From NCBI RefSeq assembly GCF_009931435.1, contig NZ_CP043414.1: DNA of 64,000 bases; one strand, 5' to 3'. The notes under the pieces were generated by a model, which was not told where the DNA came from, made no database searches, and worked only from the letters and a program-made list of their open reading frames with translations. The stretch's first letter is position 1; every line of letters starts with the position of its first letter. This stretch comes from Escherichia coli (GTDB lineage Bacteria > Pseudomonadota > Gammaproteobacteria > Enterobacterales > Enterobacteriaceae). Below, one piece after another: positions 23,605-38,672 of this stretch. Made by a program: the position numbers and the translations under genes.

Positions 23605-24303
23605 TTACTGCGAAAGTTTGTTAATGGAAAGGAAGCCGCCAAAGTTGCCGACATTATTGCGGAACTTACAGCCACTCAGGCATTTGCTGCATTTATCCTT
23701 CGTGATATCGGACGTCGGCTGATCATATTCATCCGCGACAGCCGGACCTTGATAACCGCACTCATCACCGCGATAGGTCCAGGTGCAGGTATTAGCCAGC
23801 ATGATGCGCCCCGGAAAAACGGCACCATCCGTTTCCGTCGGTGTGGACAACACAAAGGAGGCACTGACCGCACTCAGTTCGCTGCACTGCTCGATGCGCC
23901 AGCGGCTGATCACCTCCTGCTCCGGATCGGCGTCGCTGTTTCCGTTGACGAAGTTCACCGCATCCAGAAAACGGGCGTAAACCTTACGCCTGACCACCGT
24001 TCCGCCGACCAGACTCTGCAGGTCTTCCGCCATCCCCGTGACCATGCCGTGCAGGTTAGAAACCGTCAGTATCGGACGGGCAGCACTGCCCTTGCCGTTC
24101 AGTTCAAATCCCGTCCCCTGAATGGGGTATGCCTGATACTGCCGCCCCTGCCAGGTAACCGGCTCACCTTTTTCGTTTTGCTCATTACAGAAAAAATAAC
24201 GTTCTCCACCGACCTCTGTCAGGTCGATTTCCCAGAGCACCACGCTGGCCGACTGCTCCGCACGGGTGCATTCATTCAGTGTTTCCTGCCGGATATCCTG
24301 CAT
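23605..24303 (-). CDS. L: Minor tail protein L
   Basis: ORF track 232 aa; lambda gpL length and position. Confidence 0.9.
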   Translation of the reverse strand: MQDIRQETLNECTRAEQSASVVLWEIDLTEVGGERYFFCNEQNEKGEPVTWQGRQYQAYPIQGTGFELNGKGSAARPILTVSNLHGMVTGMAEDLQSLVGGTVVRRKVYARFLDAVNFVNGNSDADPEQEVISRWRIEQCSELSAVSASFVLSTPTETDGAVFPGRIMLANTCTWTYRGDECGYQGPAVADEYDQPTSDITKDKCSKCLSGCKFRNNVGNFGGFLSINKLSQ

Positions 24304-24632
24304 CAGTTCACCACCTGTTCAAACTCTGCGCTGAACTCAACACGCAGCATACTGACCCGCGACGACCATTTTGCGCAGGTCACCTTTATCTGCCGCCACT
24401 CATAAGGCGGCGTCCACAGAAAGGATTTCCAGCCCCCGTGCTCTTCCAGAAACGACTCCAGTACCGTGGCCTCCTCACGGGGGACAGAAAGCGTCACGCT
24501 GTACGTTTTCAGGTTGGCATTCAGCCCGGCAGGCGCTCGCTGGGAATAGCCATCACCAAAGCGCACCTTTCTTACAGAAGGGACCGAAGCCACATCCATA
24601 CCGGGTTTCACTTTCCAGCGGAAGGTCTTCAT
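24303..24632 (-). CDS. M: Minor tail protein M
   Basis: ORF track 109 aa; lambda gpM length and position. Confidence 0.9.
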   Translation of the reverse strand: MKTFRWKVKPGMDVASVPSVRKVRFGDGYSQRAPAGLNANLKTYSVTLSVPREEATVLESFLEEHGGWKSFLWTPPYEWRQIKVTCAKWSSRVSMLRVEFSAEFEQVVN

Positions 24633-27208
24633 CGTCCACCTCCGGAGAACAGGCCACCATCACGCATCTGTGTCTGAATTTCATCACGGGCACCCTTGCG
24701 GGCCATGTCATACACTGCTTTCATCATCTGTGGACCTGGCAGACCATTCGTACCGTCGTTCTGAATCACCACGTTGTTGTTCTGCTCAAACCTGATACCC
24801 TCTGAACGCCGCATTTGCGCCGGACTTCCGGTGCCACCGACATAACCGCCGGTGGCATAGCCGCGCATCAGCCGGTAGAGATTTCCCACGCCAATCCGGC
24901 TGGTTGCCTCCTTCGTGAAGACAAATTCACCACGGTGAACAATCCCCGCTGGCTCATATTTGCCGCCGGTTCCCGTAAATCCTCCGGTTGCAAAATGGAA
25001 TTTCGCCGCAGCGGCCTGAATGGCTGTGCCGCCTGACGCGGATGCGCCGCCACCAACAGCCCCGCCAATGGCGCTGCCGATACTCCCGACAATCCCCACC
25101 ATTGCCTGCTTAAGCAGAATTTCTGTCATCATGGACAGCACGGAGCGGGTGAAGCTGCGCCAGTTCTGCTCACTGCCGGTCAGCATCGCCGCCATATTCT
25201 GTGCAATACCATCAAAGGTCTGCGTGGCTGCACTTTTTACCTGCGACATACTGTCCGTGGCGCTCTCTTCCCACTCACTCCAGCCGGACTTCAGGCCTGC
25301 CATCCAGCTCCCGCGAAGCTGGTCTTCAGCCGCCCAGGTCTTTTTCTGCTCTGACATGACGTTATTCAGCGCCAGCGGATTATCGCCATACTGTTCCTTC
25401 AGGCGCTGTTCCGTGGCTTCCCGTTCTGCCTGCCGGTCAGTCAGCCCCCGGCTTTTCGCATCAATGGCGGCCCGTTTTGCCCGTTGCTGCTGTGCGAATT
25501 TATCCGCCTGCTGCGCCAGCGCGTTCAGGCGCTCCTGATACGTAACCTTGTCGCCAAGTGCAGCCAGCTGGCGTTTGTACTCCATCGTCTCATCTTTATG
25601 CGCCAGCAGGGATTTCTCCTGTGCGGACAGCTGGCGACGTTGTGCCGCCTCCTCCAGTACCGCGAACTGACTTTCTGCCTTCCACAAATCCCGGCGCTGC
25701 TGGCTGATTTTCTCATTTGCTCCGGCATGCTTCTCCAGCGTCCGGAGTTCAGCCTGAAGCGTCAGCAGGGCAGCATGAGCACTGTCTTCCTGACGATCGC
25801 CCGCAGACACCTTCACGCCGGACTGTTTCGGCTTTTTCAGCGTCGCTTCATAATCCTTTTTCGCCGCCGCCATCAGCGTGTTGTAATCCGCCTGCAGGAT
25901 TTTCCCGTCTTTCAGTGCCTTATTCAGTTCTTCCTGACGGGCGGTATATTTCTCCAGCGGCGTCTGCAGGCGTTCGTAAGCCTTCTGCGCCTCTTCGGTA
26001 TATTTCAGCCGTGATGCCTCAGACTCGACCCAGTCCTTTGCTGCCATCTCTCTGGCCTTTTCAAGATCGGCCTGCAACGTGGCGGCTGAAAGCCCAAGTT
26101 GCGCATTCGCTCTGTCCTCCCATGCTCCCCGGAGATTGGCAAGAAATGCTGAGGTTTTACCGCGCCGGTGGCTCCGGCTCTGATACCACTGCCATTTTTT
26201 GTCCGCCTCATCAAAAGCCTTTTCTGCTTTCTCCAGCATTCCCTGGGCAGTGTCCGGGCGACCAATATCCAGCACCGAATCCCACATGGATTTGAATGCC
26301 CGTGCTGTCCTGTCTGCCCAGGTCTCCAGCGTGCCCATGTTCTCTTTCAGGCGGCGGGTCTGGTCATCAAACCCTTTCGTTGCGGCCTCGTTCGCCGCCT
26401 GCAATGCCCCGGCTTCATCGCCGGAACGCTGCAACTGAGCAACATACGCAATCTGCTCCGCCGTCACGTTATGGAACTGGCGTGCCATCGCCGTCAGCCC
26501 CGACGTCGGGTCTGTGGTCAGCTTCCCGAAGGCTTCAGCGACCTTGTCCACCTCCACGCCGGATGCAGAGGAGAAACGCGCCACACTCTGGCTGATGGAC
26601 GCAATCTGAGCCTCACCGCTTACCCCCGCCTTAACCAGTGCGCTGAGTGACTCGCTGGTCTGGTTAAACGTCAGCCCTGCCGCCTGCCCGGCTCTGGACA
26701 GGACCAGCATGCGATCTGCCGTCAGACCCGACTGATTGCCGGAAAGGACCAGCGTTTTGTTGAAATCGGACAGGGTTGAGTTGCCCTGATACCAGGCATA
26801 CGCCAGCGCACCGGTCGCCACCGCCAGCGAGGTGGCCCCGACCATCGGCAGGGTGATCGCACCGGCAAGCCCCCTGAACATGGGGATCATCCCGCCGAAG
26901 GAGTCCTTAACCTGACCACCCTGTTGCAGCAGGATCAGCCACGGACTTTGCCCGCCTGCAAACTGCGTGGCCACGTCGGTGAACTGTGCAGGCAGCATAC
27001 GCATGGCGGCTTTATACTGCCCGACGGAAATCCCCGCTTTCTGTGCAGCCAGCGCCTGTCGGCTCAGCGACTGTTCAACGACTGCCGCTGTTTTTTTCGC
27101 ATCAGTTTCCGTACCGGAAAAATGACGCCTGACTCTGGCCATCTGCTCGTCAAATCTGGCCGCATCCAGACTTAAATCAACGACCAGATCGCCTACCGGT
27201 TCAGCCAT
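24629..27208 (-). CDS. H: Tail tape measure protein H
   Basis: ORF track 859 aa; coiled-coil/Ala-rich; downstream of G-T. Confidence 0.9.
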   Translation of the reverse strand: MAEPVGDLVVDLSLDAARFDEQMARVRRHFSGTETDAKKTAAVVEQSLSRQALAAQKAGISVGQYKAAMRMLPAQFTDVATQFAGGQSPWLILLQQGGQVKDSFGGMIPMFRGLAGAITLPMVGATSLAVATGALAYAWYQGNSTLSDFNKTLVLSGNQSGLTADRMLVLSRAGQAAGLTFNQTSESLSALVKAGVSGEAQIASISQSVARFSSASGVEVDKVAEAFGKLTTDPTSGLTAMARQFHNVTAEQIAYVAQLQRSGDEAGALQAANEAATKGFDDQTRRLKENMGTLETWADRTARAFKSMWDSVLDIGRPDTAQGMLEKAEKAFDEADKKWQWYQSRSHRRGKTSAFLANLRGAWEDRANAQLGLSAATLQADLEKAREMAAKDWVESEASRLKYTEEAQKAYERLQTPLEKYTARQEELNKALKDGKILQADYNTLMAAAKKDYEATLKKPKQSGVKVSAGDRQEDSAHAALLTLQAELRTLEKHAGANEKISQQRRDLWKAESQFAVLEEAAQRRQLSAQEKSLLAHKDETMEYKRQLAALGDKVTYQERLNALAQQADKFAQQQRAKRAAIDAKSRGLTDRQAEREATEQRLKEQYGDNPLALNNVMSEQKKTWAAEDQLRGSWMAGLKSGWSEWEESATDSMSQVKSAATQTFDGIAQNMAAMLTGSEQNWRSFTRSVLSMMTEILLKQAMVGIVGSIGSAIGGAVGGGASASGGTAIQAAAAKFHFATGGFTGTGGKYEPAGIVHRGEFVFTKEATSRIGVGNLYRLMRGYATGGYVGGTGSPAQMRRSEGIRFEQNNNVVIQNDGTNGLPGPQMMKAVYDMARKGARDEIQTQMRDGGLFSGGGR

Positions 27209-27635
27209 ACCGGACTCCTCCTGCGATCCCTTCTGATACTGTCATCAGCATTACGTCATCCTCCGTCATGTCCGCCACATCCGGGGAAGCGGGGATAACT
27301 TCATTCCCGTCCGGGCCAAAGCGGACACCTCCGGCAAGCCCTGCCGCTTTCTGCATCAGCACATCATCTTCAGGCTCTTCGTCAGCCTCGCGCCGGTTAA
27401 GCAGACTGAAATCCAGCGGATGCATATCCGGATCGCTGAAAAACAGGCTGAGCACGGTGTACGTCAGCCCGGAAAAGTGCATATCCAGCAGAACATCATG
27501 AAAATAATGGGTACTGTAAAAGCGGTGCCAGTCGGCATACTCCGTGGATGACATCCCGGCAAGCATGGCACGCCAGTCGGGTCGCCCCATCTCACGCGCC
27601 AGTTTCAGGGCAAAACTCAGCTCACCGTCGAACAC
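27201..27635 (-). CDS. T: Tail assembly protein T frame (expressed as G-T fusion by -1 frameshift)
   Basis: ORF track 144 aa in -1 frame relative to G, opening at the slippery site GGGAAAG (about 27635..27641). Confidence 0.82.
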   Translation of the reverse strand: MFDGELSFALKLAREMGRPDWRAMLAGMSSTEYADWHRFYSTHYFHDVLLDMHFSGLTYTVLSLFFSDPDMHPLDFSLLNRREADEEPEDDVLMQKAAGLAGGVRFGPDGNEVIPASPDVADMTEDDVMLMTVSEGIAGGVRYG

Positions 27636-28039
27636 TTTCCCGCAGAAACAGGCTCTGCAGGCCCGGCGTCCTCTGTCTGTTCAGGGGTATTATTCACAAC
27701 AAACTCATACATTCCGGACAGCCGGTACACCACGTTTTCAGCATGAGAAATTGCCTCTGTGGGCCAGGTGGTAAGCACTTCCTGTTCAATCTGTTTAACG
27801 GCTTCATTCATGGACGGCATCTGCGTCTTCTTCGGATGGTTATGCCACAGGGACATCGCCACCACACAAGCACCGGTTCTGATGACGTCTTCCACAGTAA
27901 CCTGCCGGTTGCTGTCTGACTCCGCCTGTTCTGCCTGCCGTTTCATCAGGGCGAGATGCTCAATACGCTGCAGGGCTGACAGTTCAGAAAGCGTGACGGT
28001 CACGCCGTTATGTTCAAATGATTCGGTTTTCAGGAACAT
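27617..28039 (-). CDS. G: Tail assembly chaperone G
   Basis: ORF track 140 aa; lambda gpG-like; slippery heptamer 7 codons before stop. Confidence 0.88.
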   Translation of the reverse strand: MFLKTESFEHNGVTVTLSELSALQRIEHLALMKRQAEQAESDSNRQVTVEDVIRTGACVVAMSLWHNHPKKTQMPSMNEAVKQIEQEVLTTWPTEAISHAENVVYRLSGMYEFVVNNTPEQTEDAGPAEPVSAGKCSTVS

Positions 28040-28054
28040 CGCTGACTCTCCGGA

Positions 28055-28825
28055 TTAACTGGCGGTGACGGTGATTTCTGCAACCGCAGCAAACTCACCA
28101 TTACCGGATACGACCGGAATGTTGACCTTACCTGCAGCAACGCCATTCACGGTGATGGTCATACCACTGACCGACACGGTGGCTTTTGTTTTATCCGCTG
28201 ACACCGCACGGAAGCTCTTGTCGGTTGCGCCTTCCGGCTGGAATGCCACGGTCAGCGTGGTGCTCTGCCCTTTCACCACCGAGGTGCTGGCAGGCGTCAC
28301 AGTCATGCCGGTTGTCGCCGTCACCGTGCTGCGATCTTCTGCCATCGACGGACGGCCCACATTGGTGACCTTCACCGTGCGGGTGATCACTTCCTTCGCC
28401 GTCACCGCCTTACCGATACTGCTGACCCAGCCGCGGAACACATCGACCGTGCCGTTCGGGAAGCGGATTTTATAGGCTCGGGTATCCCCTTCATTAAACC
28501 ACGCCAGCAGCGCCTGCTGCCCCTGCTCTCCGGGCATCCACGCCAGCGTGAAGCTGGTATCTCCGGCAGATTTCTGCCCCTGTCCGGTCGCGGTCCAGTC
28601 CGCATCTTCATCATCGAGATAACTGTCGTCATAGGACTCAGCGGTCAGTTCGCCGGGCGTCAGGTCTTTAACTTTAGCCAGACGCGACCAGTCAACGTCT
28701 GAAAGCGGGTTCGCATAAGGGTCACCGTTCCCCTTATAAACCCACAGTGTGGTCCCGGCCCCTTTCACCGGTGCCAGAGGATTTGGTGTTGGCATATCGT
28801 CCTCACATTTCATAGGTAATGACAT
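28055..28825 (-). CDS. V: Major tail protein V
   Basis: ORF track 256 aa; lambda gpV-like. Confidence 0.9.
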   Translation of the reverse strand: MSLPMKCEDDMPTPNPLAPVKGAGTTLWVYKGNGDPYANPLSDVDWSRLAKVKDLTPGELTAESYDDSYLDDEDADWTATGQGQKSAGDTSFTLAWMPGEQGQQALLAWFNEGDTRAYKIRFPNGTVDVFRGWVSSIGKAVTAKEVITRTVKVTNVGRPSMAEDRSTVTATTGMTVTPASTSVVKGQSTTLTVAFQPEGATDKSFRAVSADKTKATVSVSGMTITVNGVAAGKVNIPVVSGNGEFAAVAEITVTAS

Positions 28826-29198
28826 AAGTCAGATCGGCTGAACTCCACAGGCCCGCATCATCGTCGCGCCGGTAGTCATAGCCACTGGCCACCATACTGG
28901 TGATCAAATCTGACAGTGCCGGGATATCGCTCATCACCGGATAAATCCGGGACTCCATCCACGAATCCAGCTCTGAATCCGGCACCTGAGCAGGCAGGAA
29001 AACTTCAATATGCAGCTCCGCCTGCCAGGTATCGCTGTCCAGCTCTTCGCCCGTGTATTCAGCGCCGGTGAGATAAACGGCAACTGCCGGAAAATCCGCC
29101 TCATCAAAAACAGCGGGGCGACCATCAAAAAACGTCGCCCCGGTGTCATGCTTCTCCAGTGCATCCAGTACGGCTGCACGGAGTTCAGTATGTTTCAT
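28803..29198 (-). CDS. U: Tail terminator protein U
   Basis: ORF track 131 aa; lambda gpU length and position. Confidence 0.88.
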   Translation of the reverse strand: MKHTELRAAVLDALEKHDTGATFFDGRPAVFDEADFPAVAVYLTGAEYTGEELDSDTWQAELHIEVFLPAQVPDSELDSWMESRIYPVMSDIPALSDLITSMVASGYDYRRDDDAGLWSSADLTYVITYEM

Positions 29199-29773
29199 CG
29201 CTTTATTACCATCCTCAGTTGATGCTGCAGCGCATAGCCCAGCTCTTTCGGAAGACGCTCACGCCGTATCCGCTCAATATTCTGTTTAAACGCCGTGGTC
29301 AGCGGCACCGCCATCGGAATTTTCACCACATCAATGGGGTAACGATTTTTCCCGGCCACACGCTGCATAACATGCCAGCGGCCATTTTTCAGTTGCTGAA
29401 TAAACGCGCCGGGAATACGACGGTTTCCCACCACAAGCACGCTGCCGCCACCTTTCAGGGCTGAACGCTGCCCCTTTTTACGACGCCTGCGTCGGGACAG
29501 GACAATCCGCGCGTTACCCAGCTTTATTACGGGCAAATCCCCCCGGTTAACCTTGATTCTGGCCTGCGGATTTTTGACCGTGGCCCTTTTCAGCCTGGCC
29601 CTTTCCTTTACCAGTTTCCGGCGTACCTTTGTCTCACGGGCAACCTGTGACGCCGACTGCGATATCGCGGATGAAGCAACGCGGTTAATGGCCATTGCGG
29701 CGGCACCGGGCACCGCCGTTCTGCTGATACGGCTGAGGTTTTCAACGGCCTGCTCAAGACCTTTTATGGCCAT
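29195..29773 (-). CDS. Z: Tail completion protein Z
   Basis: ORF track 192 aa; lambda gpZ length and position. Confidence 0.85.
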   Translation of the reverse strand: MAIKGLEQAVENLSRISRTAVPGAAAMAINRVASSAISQSASQVARETKVRRKLVKERARLKRATVKNPQARIKVNRGDLPVIKLGNARIVLSRRRRRKKGQRSALKGGGSVLVVGNRRIPGAFIQQLKNGRWHVMQRVAGKNRYPIDVVKIPMAVPLTTAFKQNIERIRRERLPKELGYALQHQLRMVIKR

Positions 29774-29784
29774 ACATCCCCCTT

Positions 29785-30138
29785 TCAGCGGCGACGGTTA
29801 ACGGCAGGCGGTACGCCCCGCCCAAGCCAGAGATGACAGCTTCCGCCATCATCCGGCGAAATCCGGTCTATCCAGAAGTTTTCCTCACCGATGGTCAGCG
29901 TGTCGCCGCGCCGCAGCTGCCGCACATCATCAGTCCGGACAAACAGGAACGGGCTGGAGCCTTCAACGCGCACGCCCTGTCCGGCATAGCTGATATTTTC
30001 AGGATCATCAAAAACACCACGTATCACAGCACCGGACTGCTCACCGGATGTCATGGTGGCTGACGTTCCCATGTACCCGCGTATCGTTTCATCGGCGCGG
30101 GCAATGGCAGCATCGAACAGGTTATCGAAATCAGCCAC
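29785..30138 (-). CDS. FII: Head-tail connector protein FII
   Basis: ORF track 117 aa; lambda gpFII length and position. Confidence 0.85.
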   Translation of the reverse strand: MADFDNLFDAAIARADETIRGYMGTSATMTSGEQSGAVIRGVFDDPENISYAGQGVRVEGSSPFLFVRTDDVRQLRRGDTLTIGEENFWIDRISPDDGGSCHLWLGRGVPPAVNRRR

Positions 30139-30149
30139 AGCGCCTCCCG

Positions 30150-30545
30150 TTATTGCATTCTGGCCAGGCCGCGCTCTGTCATTTCAGCTGCCACACCGGC
30201 AGAGACACGGAACGCCGTTCCCGGCAGCACAAATGCCACAGCCTCATCCCGCGTGGCGTGAAGTGCATCAGTATGCAGCGTCACCAGTGCCACAACCGTG
30301 ACCAGATCAGCCGTATCAGTCACGGTATCCGGCTGCGCTGATACAACCTCATTTTCATGTCCGGTCAGCGCATTTTCCGGGCTGACAGATGTGTCCTGAC
30401 CAGCAGCGTCATCCGTGTCATCAAGCTCCTCTTCCAGCTCTGCCACACGGAGTGCCAGTTCTTCTTTCGTCCCCGTCAGGCTGACATCACGGTTCAGTTG
30501 CTCACCCAGCACCTGAAGACGGGCAATCAGTTCATCTTTCGTCAT
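30150..30545 (-). CDS. FI: DNA packaging protein FI
   Basis: ORF track 30150..30584; internal Met (MTKDEL...) start chosen. Confidence 0.78.
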   Translation of the reverse strand: MTKDELIARLQVLGEQLNRDVSLTGTKEELALRVAELEEELDDTDDAAGQDTSVSPENALTGHENEVVSAQPDTVTDTADLVTVVALVTLHTDALHATRDEAVAFVLPGTAFRVSAGVAAEMTERGLARMQ

Positions 30546-30586
30546 GGACTCCTCCACAGAGAGAAAATGGCCCCGAAGGGCCATGA

Positions 30587-31612
30587 TTACGCCAGTTGTA
30601 CGGACACGAACGCATCAGGATCAGCCAGCAGCATCAGCGGTGCTGACTGAATCATGGTGAACTCACGCGCCGGATCGCCGGTGGTCACCCAGTTTTTCGG
30701 GTAGCGGGCAGAGGCGTTAATACCTTCGCGCTGTGCGTCCGCATCCTGAATGCAGCCATAGGTGCGCAGACCGCGTGCCTGAGTGTTCCCCAGCACCATC
30801 GTGTTGTCCGGCAGGAAGTTCTTTTTGACGTCGTTTTCCACGTACTGTCCGGAATACACGACGATCGCCGTATCGCCATACATCCCCTTATAGGACACCG
30901 CTTCGCCCAGATCTTTTACCGCTGTCTCCAGCTCGGAATGAGAGCCGCGACGGGTATCCAGCTTCTCCTTGACGGCTTTGAAGGAACGGAACAGCGCCCA
31001 GCCTTTCGGATCAAACACGATGATATTCACCACACCGCTGGCGTTCAGCGCGTAGGCTTCGATATCGTCGGTCGGGTCATACGTGGACTTGTCACGCTTG
31101 CTCCACTCCGTACCGCCGGACTGCGTGATGTTGTTCGCCACACTGCGGCCCATATCCACTTCAACCGGATCGAAGGCTTCACCGGTCATGGTATATTTGC
31201 CCTTAAGCACGGCAGAAACGGCCTGCATCTCTTCGACCTGAGCAATGGCCAGCTCTTCGTCTCGCATGTTCTGCAGAATGATGCGACGGCGGCGGTAAGC
31301 CGGGTCCGCCAGATTCTGTGGATCTTCATCCGGCAGGCGACGCAGGGTCATCTGCGGATTCACCTCATGCTTCGGCTTGACATATCCCGGTGTAAATTCA
31401 GAGGTGGAGCCGCCACGGGAGCGGATAACCTCACCGGAAACAATCGGCGAAACGTACAGCGCCATGTTTACCAGTCCCGGAATTTGTGAGAGATAGACTT
31501 TCTCCGTGGTGAAGGGATAGCTCTCACGGAAAAAGAGACGCAGAAACAGCGGATCAAACTTAAATTTCTTCTCATTTGCCGCCAGCAGCTGGGCGGTTGT
31601 GTACATCGACAT
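30587..31612 (-). CDS. E: Major capsid protein E
   Basis: ORF track 30587..31639; start at MSMYTT gives 341 aa; lambda gpE-like. Confidence 0.9.
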   Translation of the reverse strand: MSMYTTAQLLAANEKKFKFDPLFLRLFFRESYPFTTEKVYLSQIPGLVNMALYVSPIVSGEVIRSRGGSTSEFTPGYVKPKHEVNPQMTLRRLPDEDPQNLADPAYRRRRIILQNMRDEELAIAQVEEMQAVSAVLKGKYTMTGEAFDPVEVDMGRSVANNITQSGGTEWSKRDKSTYDPTDDIEAYALNASGVVNIIVFDPKGWALFRSFKAVKEKLDTRRGSHSELETAVKDLGEAVSYKGMYGDTAIVVYSGQYVENDVKKNFLPDNTMVLGNTQARGLRTYGCIQDADAQREGINASARYPKNWVTTGDPAREFTMIQSAPLMLLADPDAFVSVQLA

Positions 31613-31667
31613 AAAAAAATCCCGTAAAAAAAGCCGCACAGGCGGCCTTTAGTGATGAAGGGTAAGG

Positions 31668-32000
31668 TTAAACGATGCTGATTGCCGTTCCGGCAAACGC
31701 GGTCCGTTTTTTCGTCTCGTCGCTGGCAGCCTCCGGCCAGAGCACATCCTCATAACGGAACGTGCCGGACTTGTAGAACGTCAGCGTGGTGCTGGTCTGG
31801 TCAGCAGCAACCGCCAGAATGCCAACGGCAGCACCGTCGGTGGTGCCATCCCACACAACCAGCTTACGGGTGGAGGTGTCCAGCATCAGCGGGGTCATTG
31901 CAGGCGCTTTCGCACTCAATCCGCCGGGCGCGGTTGCCGTATGTGCCGGGTCACTGTTGCCCAGCGGCTGGTAATGGGTAAAGGTTTCTTTGCTCGTCAT
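31668..32000 (-). CDS. D: Head decoration protein D
   Basis: ORF track 31668..32006; start at MTSKETF gives 110 aa. Confidence 0.9.
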   Translation of the reverse strand: MTSKETFTHYQPLGNSDPAHTATAPGGLSAKAPAMTPLMLDTSTRKLVVWDGTTDGAAVGILAVAADQTSTTLTFYKSGTFRYEDVLWPEAASDETKKRTAFAGTAISIV

Positions 32001-32009
32001 AAACATCCC

Positions 32010-33309
32010 TTACACTGGTGTGTTCAGCAAATCGTTAACGGCATCAGATGCCGGGTTACCTGCAGCCAGCGGTGCCGGTGCCCCCTGCATCAGACGATCC
32101 AGCGCAGTGTCACTGCGCGCCTGTGCACTCTGTGGTGCAGCTGCCAGAATGCGGCGGGCCGTTTCCACGGTCATACCGGGGGTTTCGGCCAGCACGCGTG
32201 CCTGTTCTTCGCGTCCGTGAGCCTCCTCACAGTTGAGGATCCCCATAATGCGACTGTTTTCTGCCGCAACCGCTGCGGTGATCTGCGCGTTCACGTCCGG
32301 CTGCGCCGCGCTGGCGTTCTCGCCCTCCGTCGCTTGCACCACGCCAGTAACGTCAGCCTGCGAAGCAGTGGCTGAAACAGTTGTTGATTGAGTCTCTTTG
32401 GTCATTCGCCCTCCTGAGAGACGGGATTTACGTGCATCCAGTGCATCACGCATGACGGTGATCGCATCGGTACTGTTAACAAGTTCATCAGCCAGTCCGG
32501 CATCAATGGCCTCCTGACCGCTGTACACTGCAGCCTCGGTATCCAGCACAGCCTGCACGGACAGGCCGGTATATGCCGACACCTTCTGTGCAAACATCCG
32601 GCGGGTTGCATCCATCCGGGACTGCAGTGTTTCCCGGACATCATCCGGTAGATGGCTGTAGGGGTTGCCATCCACCTTATGGCTGCCGCTGTAAATCAGC
32701 GTGATTTCCACGCCCTGTTTCTCCAGCGCAGCACCGTAATTACTGTGAGCCATCATGACGCCGATGGAGCCTGTCCGGGCGGTCTGCGTGACCAGACGTC
32801 GGGAGGCGGCGCTGGCAAGCAACTGACCTGCACTGCAGTTCATGTCGTTGGCCAGCGCCCATACCGGCTTTATGTCACGCACACGGGCGATGATGTCAGC
32901 GCAGTCAAATGCCCCTGCCACCATCCCGCCTGGCGTATCCATATCGAGCAGAATGCCGTCCACCATCGGGTCGCTGGCAGCCTGTTGCAGACGGGCGATA
33001 ATGCCGTTGTAACCGGTCATCCCCGAATACGGCTGCAGCGCCCGTGTCCGGCTGACCAGCGTGCCGGAAACCGGCAGCACGGCGATGCCGTTCATGACCT
33101 GATAACTGCGGGCCTGTCGTGGTCCGTCATCATCAACGGATAACGCCAGCGCCGCGGGTGCCTCTCCGGCAGTCAGGCTGTCGCCGGATACCGCATCCGT
33201 CAGGCGGCTGATCCCAAGCTGGCCTGCAAGCGCACAAAAGAAAACCCGCGCATAGGCGGGTTCAAGCATCAGCGGCTCATTAAAGGCCATACTGGCAATA
33301 TGCGGGAGA

Positions 33310-33329
<20 letters not shown>
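32010..33329 (-). CDS. C: Capsid assembly protease C (scaffold Nu3 read from an internal in-frame start)
   Basis: ORF track 32010..33464; 439-aa product if initiated at a Val codon (probable GTG) at about 33329, overlapping the B stop; ClpP-like fold. Confidence 0.8.
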
Positions 33330-37010
<3,681 letters not shown>

Positions 37011-37036
<26 letters not shown>

Positions 37037-37556
37037 TCAGCAACCCCGGTATCAGTTCATCCAGCGCGGCTGCTTTGTTCATGGCTTTGATGATATCCCG
37101 TTTCAGGAAATCAACATGTCGGTTTTCCAGTTCCGGAAAACGCCGCTGCACCGACAGGGGGATCCCGTCGAGAATACTGGCAATTTCACCTGCGATCCGC
37201 GACAGCACGAAAGTACAGAATGCGGTTTCCACCACTTCAGCGGAGTCTCTGGCATTTTTCAGCTCCTGTGCGTCGGCCTGCGCACGCGTAAGTCGATGGC
37301 GTTCGTACTCAATAGTCCCTGGCTGGAGATCTGTCTCGCTGGCCTGCCGCAGTTCTTCAACTTCCCGGCGCAGCTTTTCGTTCTCAATTTCAGCATCCCT
37401 TTCGGCATACCATTTTATGACGGCGGCAGAGTCATAAAGCACCTCATTACCCTTGCCACCGCCTCGCAGAACGGGCATTCCCTGTTCCTGCCAGTTCTGA
37501 ATGGTACGGATACTCGCACCGAAAATGTCAGCCAGCTGCTTTTTGTTGACTTCCAT
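37011..37556 (-). CDS. Nu1: Terminase small subunit Nu1
   Basis: ORF track 181 aa; N-terminal HTH; immediately next to cos. Confidence 0.9.
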
Positions 37557-37733
37557 TGCTCATTCCACGGACAAAAACAGAGAAAGGAAACGACAGAGGC
37601 CAAAAAGCTCGCTTTCAGCACCTGTCGTTTCCTTTCTTTTCAGGGGGTATTTTAAATAAATACATTAAGTTACGACGAAGAAGAACGGAAACACCTTAAA
37701 CCGGAAAATTTTCATAAATAGCGAAAACCCGCG

Positions 37734-37746
37734 AGGTCGCCGCCCC
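37734..37746 (-). other. cos cohesive-end site (cosN; cosB lies between it and Nu1)
   Basis: Reverse complement of 37560..37760 matches the lambda left-end sequence GGGCGGCGACCTCGCGGGTTTTCGCTATTTATGAAAATTTTCCGG... by recall; about 190 bp from the Nu1 start. Confidence 0.75.
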
Positions 37747-37944
37747 GTAACCTGTCGGATCGCCGGAAAGGACCCACAAAATGATAATAATTATCATCTA
37801 CATGTCACAACGTGCATCTACGCCATCAAACCACGTCAAATAATCAATTATGACGCAGGTATCGTATTAATTGATCTGCATCAACTTAACGTAAAAACAA
37901 CTTCAGACAATACAAATCAGCGACACTGAATACGGGGCAACCTC

Positions 37945-38139
37945 ATGTCAACGAAGAACAGAACCCGCAGAACAACAACCCGCAACATCCGCTTTCCTAA
38001 CCAAATGATTGAACAAATTAACATCGCTCTTGAGCAAAAAGGGTCCGGGAATTTCTCAGCCTGGGTCATTGAAGCCTGCCGTCGGAGGCTAACGTCAGAA
38101 AAGAGAGCATATACATCAATTAAAAGTGATGAAGAATGA
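37945..38139 (+). CDS. ylcI: Small hypothetical protein (YlcI-like)
   Basis: ORF track 64 aa; position between cos and bor as in lambda/DLP12. Confidence 0.55.
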   Translation: MSTKNRTRRTTTRNIRFPNQMIEQINIALEQKGSGNFSAWVIEACRRRLTSEKRAYTSIKSDEE

Positions 38140-38303
38140 ACATCCCGCGTTCTTCCCTCCGAACAGGACGATATTGTAAATTCACTTAATTACGAGGGCA
38201 TTGCAGTAATTGAGTTGCAGTTTTACCACTTTCCTGACAGTGACAGACTGCGTGTTGGCTCTGTCACAGGTTAAGTAGTTTGAATGATTAGCAGTTATGG
38301 TGA

Positions 38304-38510
38304 TCAGTCAACCACCAGGGAATAATCCTTCATATTATTATCGTGCTTCACCAACGCTGCCTCAATTGCCCTGAATGCTTCCAGAGACACCTTATGTTCT
38401 ATACATGCAATTACAACATCAGGGTAACTCATAGAAATGATGCTATTAAGCATATTTTTTACACGAATCAGATCCACGGAGGGATCATCAGCAGATTGTT
38501 CTTTATTCAT
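38304..38510 (-). CDS. ybcW: Small hypothetical protein (YbcW-like)
   Basis: ORF track 68 aa; conserved position near cos. Confidence 0.55.
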   Translation of the reverse strand: MNKEQSADDPSVDLIRVKNMLNSIISMSYPDVVIACIEHKVSLEAFRAIEAALVKHDNNMKDYSLVVD

Positions 38511-38672
38511 TTTGTCGCTCCATGCGCTTGCTCTTCATCTAGCGGTTAAAATATTACTTCAAATCTTTCTGTATGAAGGTTTGAGCACGTTGGCCTTACA
38601 TACATCTGTCGGTTGTATTTCCCTCCAGAATGCCAGCAGGACCGCACTTTGTTACGCAACCAATACTATTAA

